Below, in pieces: positions 56,901 to 64,000 of a stretch of DNA of 64,000 nucleotides. The notes under the pieces are model-generated. The model was not told where the DNA came from, made no database searches, and saw only the letters and a list, made by a program, of their open reading frames with translations. Numbering within the stretch: position 1 is the stretch's first letter; every line of letters begins with the position of its first letter. This DNA is from Minisyncoccota bacterium (GTDB lineage Bacteria > Patescibacteriota > Minisyncoccia > Phycocordibacterales > UBA9973), in contig JBAZSF010000004.1 of assembly GCA_041662525.1 (NCBI GenBank), forward strand, positions 1,190 to 65,189, written 5' to 3'. A program made the translations under genes and the position numbers.

Positions 56901-57923
56901 CATGTCGGGAACATACTCAACACTCACACCTTTCGGATAAGATGTAGTTTCACCCGCCGGAGTAGTCCATTGATGAGGAGTTCCATCACTTATCCATGGA
57001 ACAAATCCTCCATGAAGGTGCAATGTTGCCCTATTTTCTTTGTACTCTTCTTTCATTCCAGGCATTCCCGGCATATCCAATGGACCCATACCGGCACCCA
57101 TTACTGATTTATCAACTGGCAAAAAAAGTTCTCCACCTGCTCCAGTTGGAAGTTTATTTGTAAATTTAATTCTTACAGCACGATCACGATTAGAAAGAAT
57201 TAGCGGACCAAGATAATGAATCGGATCCGGCGCAATCGTATTCTGGCTGTTGCCATCAGTACCTGAATTTACCTGTACATAACCGCGTAATTTTGTTGCC
57301 GGAAGATCGGAATGCATCTTTTCCGTATATTCCCTTAATTCAATTTCATAATAATCAGCTCCCGGATAAGTAATTGTATCCGGATGCGCTACTGGGATAT
57401 ATTGTCCAAGATTGTTGGCATTAGTTGAACCTAATCCTGGCAAAGAATCCACGAATTTTTTTATTCCTCCAGTTAATGTCGAGTATCCACTCCCACCATT
57501 GGTGATTGTAATTTCAGTAATGACACCGGCAGTTGTTGAAGCTGTTGCATTTGCTCCGGTTCCAGTAAGACTTGTGATTGCAACTATTGGAGAAATATAA
57601 TTTGTTCCTCCGTTAATAATTGATATTGCGGTAACAGCCCCATTAGTAATTGTTGCTGTTGCGATAGCTCCTGTAGCTCCGCTTGTTGTGTTTGAGTCTG
57701 TGATTGTTACAACAGTCGGTTCACCGACTGGCATAGGACTATTTGCCCAGTTTGGATAAGGACCAAAATAATGTGGAATCTCTCCGGTGTTGGGAATCGT
57801 CATCGCCATAGCAACTGTCGATTTTGCATATTTGATATTTTCAATCGGCAAAGCAACAAAAGAAAAAATAAAAGACAAAATTATAAAAATATTTCCTAAA
57901 TTTCTTAAATAATTATTTTTCAT
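54000..57923 (-). CDS. Giant secreted multicopper oxidase (laccase/CotA-like, three cupredoxin domains) with FN3 and tandem C-terminal repeat domains
   Basis: Signal peptide. All four MCO copper-ligand motifs are present: HLHGG, YHDHS, HTIHTHLF, HCHLLAHEEMDMM. An FN3-like segment and two about 90-aa C-terminal repeats (…KWDS…QYSSHI(V/I)GFPLN…GDG(F/I)F…). Confidence 0.75.
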   Translation of the reverse strand: MKNNYLRNLGNIFIILSFIFSFVALPIENIKYAKSTVAMAMTIPNTGEIPHYFGPYPNWANSPMPVGEPTVVTITDSNTTSGATGAIATATITNGAVTAISIINGGTNYISPIVAITSLTGTGANATASTTAGVITEITITNGGSGYSTLTGGIKKFVDSLPGLGSTNANNLGQYIPVAHPDTITYPGADYYEIELREYTEKMHSDLPATKLRGYVQVNSGTDGNSQNTIAPDPIHYLGPLILSNRDRAVRIKFTNKLPTGAGGELFLPVDKSVMGAGMGPLDMPGMPGMKEEYKENRATLHLHGGFVPWISDGTPHQWTTPAGETTSYPKGVSVEYVPDMWFVNGSVVADTVGQITAPTPGATNNPGDGSLTFYYNNQQSARLMFYHDHSFGITRLNVYAGEAAGYLITDQVEQDLINGTNDSGVNPGLVKVLPDIGIPLIIQDRTFIDTSTLAMQDPTWDSAVPGVPQDGDLWYPHVYMPNQNPADPSGMNAFGRWHYGPWFWPPTTGVTQGPLPNPYYDPVGAPWEPAQMPGTPNESMAMEAFMDTPIVNGTVYPYMNVDPKAYRFRILNAADDRFLNLQFYVADPTIITPDGRTNTEIKMVPAVSTPGFPEDWPKDGREGGVPDPTTAGPTFIQIGTEGGFLPAPVVLPNQPVDWNMDPTNFDMGLVNKGTLILGTAERADVIVDFSQYAGKTIILYNDAPAAFPAADARYDYHTGDPDLTDIGGAPTTQAGYGPNIRTVMQIRVAPTTPATAYNLGALEAVFAKGPGTKRGVFEVSQDEVIIPQTAYNSAYNSNITTDNYASIHDASKTFNTLAGDNVTIPFQTKAIQDEQGEAFDSEYGRMSGFLGLELPASQVNRQLLILSGFASPPVEIVKGSVYGTPIGSLDDGTQIWKITHNGVDTHTIHTHLFNAQLINRVAWDGAIRPPDANELGWKETFRVNPLQDTIVAFRAFAPTQPFPVPNSVRLIDPTLPEGAPLMLPPGGLKDPNGNNVTVNNHYVNYGWEYVYHCHLLAHEEMDMMHAVLFATPPEAPSNLTANFASNAVQLNWNDNSLSETGFTIQKATNSGFTSGLITYTSPVNATAYLDNSIQPGQTYYYRVFANNVVGDTQIYADPSIGFPTATANSTYSNTANVTAGDLPPGSYMLSLNDGWNLVTLPATPLDAQGTPMTLTAENFGQTVGATVVVKWDSLTQKYSSHIVGFPLNNFNLTIGDGFFVNVPAASPFVFQGSPAQATYNPITGWNLLGWVSAISTTAETFGASLAGTDVVTKWDSAIQQYSSHIIGFPLNDFIINQGDGIFIHRP

Positions 57924-58086
57924 ATATCTCTATATTAATTATTAATAATCGATTACTTTTTAGTATTAAAAAACTTACAAACTTAATAATAGTCAAACGA
58001 TAATAGCTGAAGTTAAATTTGACATTAAAGATTTTAAGGGCATTTTGATTTTTTAAAAAAATATTATTATTTCTGAGCAAAAAAAA

Positions 58087-58095
58087 GGGGGGGGG
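58087..58095. repeat. G9/C9 homopolymer in the MCO promoter region
   Basis: The only long G/C homopolymer seen in this AT-rich window. About 165 bp upstream of the MCO start, just downstream of the terminator of the preceding gene. Confidence 0.6.
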
Positions 58096-58114
58096 AGTCC
58101 TTGCTTAAAATAAC

Positions 58115-58146
58115 AAAAAACCGGAAGACTAGTCCGGTTTTTGTTA
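58115..58146. terminator. Rho-independent terminator after the PG-binding surface protein gene
   Basis: aaaaaaccggaagactagtccggtttttgtt. Confidence 0.8.
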
Positions 58147-58179
58147 TAACGTTTTTTTATAATTAAGACAGTTAATAAT

Positions 58180-60591
58180 TTATCTATTAAGTGCCGCGCG
58201 AGTGAGAGGTCCTACGATCCCATCGCCAATTAATCCATTCACTATTTGGAATTTAATGAGAGCCCCACCGGTTATTCTTCCAAATTTTCCATCAACCACT
58301 AGTGGACCATATTTGGTGTTGTTTAAGAACTTCTGAAGTTCCATAACTTCGTTTCCTATTGAGCCATTCCTAAGGAAAAGAGTAAAGAAGAATCTTTCAT
58401 CTCCGAGCACTTGACTTGTTCCAGTATTTCCAACACAAGATTGACCAGTAGTTACACTAAATCCAGTTGTTCTATTGCCACATCCAGGAATTGGTCCAGT
58501 ATTCCCAACACAAGATTGACCAGTAGTTACACTAAATCCAGTTGTTCTATCGCCACATCCAGGAATTGGTCCTCCTGTTCCAGTATTTCCAACACAAGAT
58601 TGACCAGTAGTTACACTAAATCCAGTTGCCCTATTGTCACATCCTGCAATTGGTCCTGTTGAAGCACCTAATACTTGGCCAATAAGGGGTCTTATAAAAC
58701 TACCGCCACCGCCTCCTCCACTAGATTGAGGCACTGCTGTCACCGTCACCAAAGTCGTTCCAGTCACTGCTCCACTAGTTGCGGTAACTGTGGTAGTTCC
58801 TACTGCGACTGCAGTAAACATTCCAGTGGTAGCATTAATCGTTCCGACTGCTAGATTAGAACTTGTCCAAGTGACAGTCGCTACAAATGGTGCTCCGTTT
58901 TGATCCAAAGTGGTAGCGGTCATTTGCTGAGTGTTTCCTACTACTACGGATGGGTTAGCTGGGTTAACAGTGATAGAAGTTAAAACTGGAACAGCCGTCA
59001 CCGTCACCAAAGTCGTTCCAGTCACTGCTCCACTAGTTGCGGTAACTGTGGTAGTTCCTACTGCGACTGCAGTAAACATTCCAGTGGTAGCATTAATCGT
59101 TCCGACTGCTGGATTGGAGCTTGTCCAAGAAACAGTGGCTGCGATTGGTGCTCCGTTTTGATCTAAAGTAGTTGCTGTCATTTGCTGAGTATTCCCAACC
59201 GTGACAGAAGGAGTAGTGGGGGTGACGTTGATGGTGGTGAGGACGGGGGTTGGGGCTGCCGTTACCGTCACTGACGTACCACCTAAAATTGGTACTTCTG
59301 TTACACCATTAGAATCAAAAGCGAATGTGCCAGAAAATGTACTTACTCCCGAAGCTGTTCCTGGGATAGCAAGTGTGTATTGTCTTGTACCTGAAGCAGC
59401 TCCAGTTAATTCAAGCCATCGAATGTGTCCACCAGCGATGGTTCCTGTACCAGAGAGGTCTGTGGCGACCCAACCAGCAGGGAATATTTCATCGATGAGA
59501 ACAGTTCCGTTTGCATCGGCTGGATCAACAGCAGAAGTCAAAGTTACGGTGATGACTGTTCCGGCAGTTGGAGTAGCATTACTGAAACTGCGGGTGACGG
59601 TGGAATTTACCACCACTGGTGCTGTCACTGTCACCAAAGTAGTCCCTGTCACTGCGCCACTTGTAGCGGTGATAGTCGTGGTTCCTACTGCGACTGCAGT
59701 AAACATTCCAGTGGTAGCATTAATCGTTCCGACTGCTGGATTGGAGCTTGTCCAAGAAACAGTGGCTGCGATTGGTGCTCCGTTTTGATCTAAAGTAGTT
59801 GCGGTCATTTGCTGAGTATTCCCAACCGTGACAGAAGGAGTAGCGGGGGTGACGTTGATGGTGGTGAGGACGGGGGTTGCTGTCACTGTAATTACTGAAA
59901 TATTACTGGTCACTGCCCCTGAGGTCGCTGTAATATTTGTTGTACCAACAGAAACCGCAGTCACTAAACCAGTCGCACTAACTGTGGCTACTGCGGGATT
60001 GGATGAGTTCCAAGTCATCACAGGTTGAGGGGACATTGCTACCGCATTTTGATCTAAAGCAGAAGCACTTAATTGAGAAGTGCCTGCGACTACCAAACTA
60101 GCTGTTGTTGGAGTTAAGTTTATTGAAGTAAGTACTGGCGTAACAATTACTGCTGTCACTGTCACCGATGTATCACCAAGAATTGGTACTTCCGTTGCAC
60201 CATTAGAGTTAAAAGCGAATGTGCCAGAAAATGTACTTACTCCCGAAGCTGTTCCTGGGATAGCAAGTGTGTATTGTCTTGTACCTGAAGCAGCTCCAGT
60301 TAATTCAAGCCATCGAATGTGTCCACCAGCGATGGTTCCTGTACCAGAGAGGTCTGTGGCGACCCAACCAGCAGGGAATATTTCATCGATGAGAACAGTT
60401 CCGTTTGCATCGGCTGGATCAACAGCAGAAGTCAAAGTTACGGTGATGACTGTTCCGGCAGTTGGAGTAGCATTACTGAAACTGCGGGTGACGGTGGAGG
60501 CGTCAGCGGCCTGAGCACCAATTCCCACAAAGAAAGCAATTACTGCCACTACCATTCCTATTTTTTTAATTATTGATTTTAAGTATTTCAT
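58180..60591 (-). CDS. Surface scaffold-like protein: duplicated novel ~110-aa domain, four Big_2 domains, three Cys-repeats and a C-terminal peptidoglycan-binding (PG_binding_1-like) domain
   Basis: Signal peptide. Novel domain (STVTRSFSNATPTAG…GTFAF) present twice. Repeated Big_2 domains. Gly-rich linker. 3x GC(D/G)xR(A/T)TGFSVTTGQSCVGNTG. C-terminal …KFLNN…VDGKFGRITGGALIKFQ…GLIGDGIVGPLT…. Confidence 0.65.
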   Translation of the reverse strand: MKYLKSIIKKIGMVVAVIAFFVGIGAQAADASTVTRSFSNATPTAGTVITVTLTSAVDPADANGTVLIDEIFPAGWVATDLSGTGTIAGGHIRWLELTGAASGTRQYTLAIPGTASGVSTFSGTFAFNSNGATEVPILGDTSVTVTAVIVTPVLTSINLTPTTASLVVAGTSQLSASALDQNAVAMSPQPVMTWNSSNPAVATVSATGLVTAVSVGTTNITATSGAVTSNISVITVTATPVLTTINVTPATPSVTVGNTQQMTATTLDQNGAPIAATVSWTSSNPAVGTINATTGMFTAVAVGTTTITATSGAVTGTTLVTVTAPVVVNSTVTRSFSNATPTAGTVITVTLTSAVDPADANGTVLIDEIFPAGWVATDLSGTGTIAGGHIRWLELTGAASGTRQYTLAIPGTASGVSTFSGTFAFDSNGVTEVPILGGTSVTVTAAPTPVLTTINVTPTTPSVTVGNTQQMTATTLDQNGAPIAATVSWTSSNPAVGTINATTGMFTAVAVGTTTVTATSGAVTGTTLVTVTAVPVLTSITVNPANPSVVVGNTQQMTATTLDQNGAPFVATVTWTSSNLAVGTINATTGMFTAVAVGTTTVTATSGAVTGTTLVTVTAVPQSSGGGGGGSFIRPLIGQVLGASTGPIAGCDNRATGFSVTTGQSCVGNTGTGGPIPGCGDRTTGFSVTTGQSCVGNTGPIPGCGNRTTGFSVTTGQSCVGNTGTSQVLGDERFFFTLFLRNGSIGNEVMELQKFLNNTKYGPLVVDGKFGRITGGALIKFQIVNGLIGDGIVGPLTRAALNR

Positions 60592-60636
60592 ATTTTTTAT
60601 TTTATTATTTTTAATTTTGATAATTTTTCGACACTT

Positions 60637-62598
60637 TTAACACCCTACTCCCACTTTCCAAAATCCTATGGCTTGAAGAATTAAGGAATTTAAAACATTA
60701 CCAAGTTTCCATTGACCTATGTAAGATAAAATTTCTACGTTGCCAATAATTCCATCGAGATTAGTGTCAGCTGCAGTTTGGCAAACTGCAGCAGTGGTAA
60801 CAGTAATTGCTGAAGTTCCCTCGACCGTAATTACTCCATCAATTGCAGTAGCTGTAATCGTGACAGTGCCAGGAGCGATCGCAGTAACTAATCCTGAACC
60901 ATCAACAGTGGCAATAGCATTATCACCTGAAGACCAATTTATTGTTGGTTGAGGAACTAAAGCATTTCCAAATTGATCCAAGGCTGATGCTGAAAGTTGT
61001 TGAGTTAATCCTGTATTTATCGAAGCAGTGGTTGGAGTGACATTTAACCCAGATAAAATAGTGACAGCGAGAGAATGATCGATCGTTGTGGAATTACTTC
61101 CATCAGTAGCTGTAATAGGGATATTAAATAATCCTGCTCTGTCCAAATTTGGTAGAATAAGCGACCAGGTACCGTCTGTTTCAGATCCAGCATTTCTAAT
61201 CATGTTTACTATGTTTGGAGTAGGAATTATTTGCCCACGAATTTCACCGTTTGAAAATAGAGTGGTGTGTATATTTACATAAGTTCTCCCAGCTAAAATT
61301 TCTGCTTCTATTTCTTCAGGATAATTCCAGGTTCCATTTGCTGGAAGTGTAGTTCCTAGATCAAAAGTAATTGCTGAATTTTGACCCAAAGCTCCGTTTG
61401 GAGGAACAACAGATCCATGAATATGCATTCCGGTGATTGATCCACCTTGCAAACCCGAAGCACTAATATTATAAGTTAATGTATTTGCATTTGTATCAAT
61501 AGTAAATGTTCCGGATCCTGTTGCTGTACTAGTGGTTGCAGGAACTTCTTGTGTTTTATTAAGAGTAGCAGTAAAGGTGTTGCTTAGTGCCCCCAAATCA
61601 GCGGTAACTCCAATCACCCTCAGATCATCAGTAACGTTTGCGCTTAAAACAACATTATTAGAACCAAGTGGTACAGAAGCAGGTGCAGTAGAAACTATGG
61701 TTGGAGCGATGGTGTCAACAACCGCGATACGTCCAGTAACAGTAAATAAATTTTCTTGAATGAAACCGGCACCAGCAAAACTTGTTGCGGGGCCCTCAAT
61801 TCTTATAAAGTTTTGTCCAACAGGGCTACCAGTAATAGCGTGCGGTATATTTGGATTACCAATATATCTTTTGGTTGGATTCTGAGCGTTGACCAAGAGA
61901 GGATCCGACAAAGCTGGATTTAGATTGAACGTGTCCCAAGTCAAGAACGGTCCGATACCACTGTTAAGAGTAAGAATAGGATCACAAATGGCTATACCTG
62001 GAACACCAGCACAACCGATATCAGACGAATCATTGATTTCTGGAGCTCCCGGATCTATTACGTCCACGACATAAGTTTTTGTACCGAAAGGATGTCTGAT
62101 GGTGTATGTTCCGGGCACATCTACATCGTATCTGTGTCTGATGCGACCAAAAATAGATTCACTACCCTCAACCGTTCCACCGAGATAAGCAACCTCTAAA
62201 GCTAAAATGGTCTTACTGACAGAGCCGGCAGGATTAACTGGGATAGCGTCAGCCGTCCAGTAGAATCCTTCGCCCGAAAATCCGAGTTCTGCGGAAAAAT
62301 CATTTCCACCCTGAATCGGCCCTGAGATACCGAAACCGTCGATGGCTTCCATGATCTCAATCGCAAGACCGTTCTGGTCCATAAACCATGCAGGTAAACT
62401 CTTACCAATACCTGCAGTTACAATAGGACCAGCCATTCCACCAGGCACGAATGCCGCTTGGGAGACGTTCGCGCTAAACAATAAAGCAAACACAAAAACA
62501 CCAGTCAAAAGAGATGCGCTATATTTATATTTAACCTTTTTATTCATTCTCGCTATTAATAAAACGTATAATAATTTTTGTATGATTGTTTTTTTCAT
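60637..62598 (-). CDS. Secreted surface protein with CHRD-like and Big_2 domains and the shared dockerin-like C-terminal module
   Basis: Signal peptide. CHRD-like segment (…LTYNISASGLQGGSITGMHIHG…). Big_2. C-terminal CQTAADTNLDGIIGNVEILSYIGQWKLGNVLNSLILQAIGFWKVGVGC. Confidence 0.6.
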   Translation of the reverse strand: MKKTIIQKLLYVLLIARMNKKVKYKYSASLLTGVFVFALLFSANVSQAAFVPGGMAGPIVTAGIGKSLPAWFMDQNGLAIEIMEAIDGFGISGPIQGGNDFSAELGFSGEGFYWTADAIPVNPAGSVSKTILALEVAYLGGTVEGSESIFGRIRHRYDVDVPGTYTIRHPFGTKTYVVDVIDPGAPEINDSSDIGCAGVPGIAICDPILTLNSGIGPFLTWDTFNLNPALSDPLLVNAQNPTKRYIGNPNIPHAITGSPVGQNFIRIEGPATSFAGAGFIQENLFTVTGRIAVVDTIAPTIVSTAPASVPLGSNNVVLSANVTDDLRVIGVTADLGALSNTFTATLNKTQEVPATTSTATGSGTFTIDTNANTLTYNISASGLQGGSITGMHIHGSVVPPNGALGQNSAITFDLGTTLPANGTWNYPEEIEAEILAGRTYVNIHTTLFSNGEIRGQIIPTPNIVNMIRNAGSETDGTWSLILPNLDRAGLFNIPITATDGSNSTTIDHSLAVTILSGLNVTPTTASINTGLTQQLSASALDQFGNALVPQPTINWSSGDNAIATVDGSGLVTAIAPGTVTITATAIDGVITVEGTSAITVTTAAVCQTAADTNLDGIIGNVEILSYIGQWKLGNVLNSLILQAIGFWKVGVGC

Positions 62599-62759
62599 AT
62601 TTTATTTAATATTTATAATATTAGTAATAATCAAACAATAATAGATAAAGTTAAATTTAATATTAACAATATAAAGGACATAAAAAACGTCAAGGACATT
62701 TTGATTAATCCTTCCTAAAGTATTACTATGTATAGTACTGATCGGATGTTTTTATTTAT

Positions 62760-64000
62760 ATGAAAAAATTTAACTTTTTTAAGGAATATAATAATATTTT
62801 TCCAATAACCTTGGTAGATTTATTAGTTACGATTATTTTTTTGTTTGTTTTATATTTAACTAGTTTTATTAGTTATGAGGTTTTTCATTCGTTATCAGAA
62901 TTCTTTAGTATAATAATTGCTTTTGGGATTTTTACTGTAGCTTGGAATGCTCGAAATTTTTTTGATAATCATTTTCTTTTCTTTTTGAGTATTGTATATG
63001 TTTTTATATCTTTGATTGATATTGCTCACACTTTGGCTTATAAGGGATTAAATTTATTTTATTCTTTTGATCCTACTTCTAATCTAGCCACTCAGCTTTG
63101 GGTGGCAGCCAGGTATCTACAGGCCTTATCTTTGCTTTTTGCTCCTATTTTTTTAAGTAAAAAAATAAAAAATATCAGTTTAGTTTTTTTAGGTTATTTT
63201 TGGATTATTATTTTCATTTTTATTTTAATTTTTTATCTAAAAATTTTTCCAACTGCTTATGTCGAAGGAACAGGATTAACTTTGTTTAAGATATGGAGCG
63301 AATATATAATATCCTTGATTTTAGTTGCTGCGGGTTTCTTTCTTTATAAAAAAAGAAAAATTCTTGATACTAAAGTCTTTCTCCTCGTGCTATTTTCGAT
63401 TATTTTTACAATTGCTTCGGAATTGTCTTTTACGACGTATTTCGGTGTATATGATTTTTCAAATATGTTGGGGCATCTATTTAAAATAATATCTTTTTTG
63501 TTGTTGTATAAAACAATTATGGAAACCGGATTAAAGAATCCTCTTTCTTATATTTTCAGAAGTATGGAACAAAATGCAGAAATTCTAAGAGCTTCAGAGT
63601 CTAAATATCGCCTACAGGCAAAGATAGCAACAGAGGAATCTTTGGAAAGAAAAAGAATAGATAAAGAGTTGATTAAAAAAAATAAGACACTGGAAAAAGC
63701 GGTTGAAAATCTTAAGATATTTCAACTAGCAATGGATAATGCTTTTTCTCATATCATTATTACTGATGAAAATGGCTCTGTTGTCTATGCCAATAAAGCA
63801 GTGGAAGATATCACTGGTTTTAGCAAAGAAGAAATCATAGGTAAAAATCCATCCATTTGGGGAAAACAAATGCCTACTTCTTTTTACCAGAATTTATGGA
63901 AAACCATAAAAGAAGATAAAAAATCTTTTGTAGGGGAAATACTTAATAAAAGAAAGGACGGTAGTTTGTATCAGGCAGATGTGAGAGTTTCTCCTATATT
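62760..64000 (+). CDS. Membrane sensor protein with an N-terminal multi-TM domain and PAS domain(s); 3' end outside the window
   Basis: ORF open to the window end. Not in the supplied track. About 7 predicted TM helices, then …IIITDENGSVVYANKAVEDITGFSKEEIIGKNPSIWG… PAS motif. Confidence 0.6.
   Translation, partial: MKKFNFFKEYNNIFPITLVDLLVTIIFLFVLYLTSFISYEVFHSLSEFFSIIIAFGIFTVAWNARNFFDNHFLFFLSIVYVFISLIDIAHTLAYKGLNLFYSFDPTSNLATQLWVAARYLQALSLLFAPIFLSKKIKNISLVFLGYFWIIIFIFILIFYLKIFPTAYVEGTGLTLFKIWSEYIISLILVAAGFFLYKKRKILDTKVFLLVLFSIIFTIASELSFTTYFGVYDFSNMLGHLFKIISFLLLYKTIMETGLKNPLSYIFRSMEQNAEILRASESKYRLQAKIATEESLERKRIDKELIKKNKTLEKAVENLKIFQLAMDNAFSHIIITDENGSVVYANKAVEDITGFSKEEIIGKNPSIWGKQMPTSFYQNLWKTIKEDKKSFVGEILNKRKDGSLYQADVRVSPI

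Noticed and set aside
58411-58662. Tandem ~75-bp direct repeats that could superficially resemble a CRISPR array
   Set aside because: The repeats are contiguous with no unique spacers. They lie inside the 58180-60591 ORF and encode three copies of a Cys-containing peptide repeat. No cas genes are nearby.
59201-59788. Long plus-strand ORFs (59201-59788, 60080-60514, 59425-59793, 58931-59161 and others) with repeated Thr/Val-rich translations
   Set aside because: They are antisense shadows of the minus-strand surface-protein gene in a repetitive, GC-balanced region. The minus-strand frame has a signal peptide and recognisable domains.

Overview
This is a 64 kb, strongly AT-rich window (roughly 30-35% GC by eye, with a few GC-rich islands). 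Gene content and style suggest a small-genome CPR/Patescibacteria-like bacterium: type IV pilin-like and LTD-domain proteins, split transketolase, and a minimal dcw cluster. Most of the window is ordinary core gene content. This includes a pentose-phosphate cluster (gap-rpiB-rpe-tktAB), a lower-glycolysis cluster (2-hydroxyacid dehydrogenase, glycerate kinase, eno, ppsA), lepA, valS, tsaD, ftsA-ftsZ, ybeY-rpsU, greA, lysS, mraZ-rsmH-ftsL-ftsI-murF, rmuC, obg and 7 tRNAs. Four things stand out. (1) A ~10.5 kb minus-strand block (52158-62598) of four giant secreted surface proteins, including a 1307-aa multicopper oxidase and a peptidoglycan-binding protein. They share Big_2 domains and a novel Cys-flanked, dockerin-like C-terminal module, and the block contains perfect intragenic repeats and a G9 tract. 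(2) A MITE-like repeat family with terminal inverted repeats at two intergenic loci, and GC-rich palindromic elements inserted in-frame into lepA, tsaD and murF, reminiscent of Rickettsia palindromic elements. (3) A GC-rich island encoding a NUDIX-REC fusion and a PAS histidine kinase whose GC content switches abruptly mid-gene. (4) Several conserved hairpin or palindromic regulatory candidates: a nested palindrome upstream of hsp20, duplicated promoter-leaders upstream of a small Cys-peptide gene and a lipoprotein gene, and a recurring CCGCTAGG hairpin. All calls rest on reading motifs in the six-frame translations; no database searches were run.
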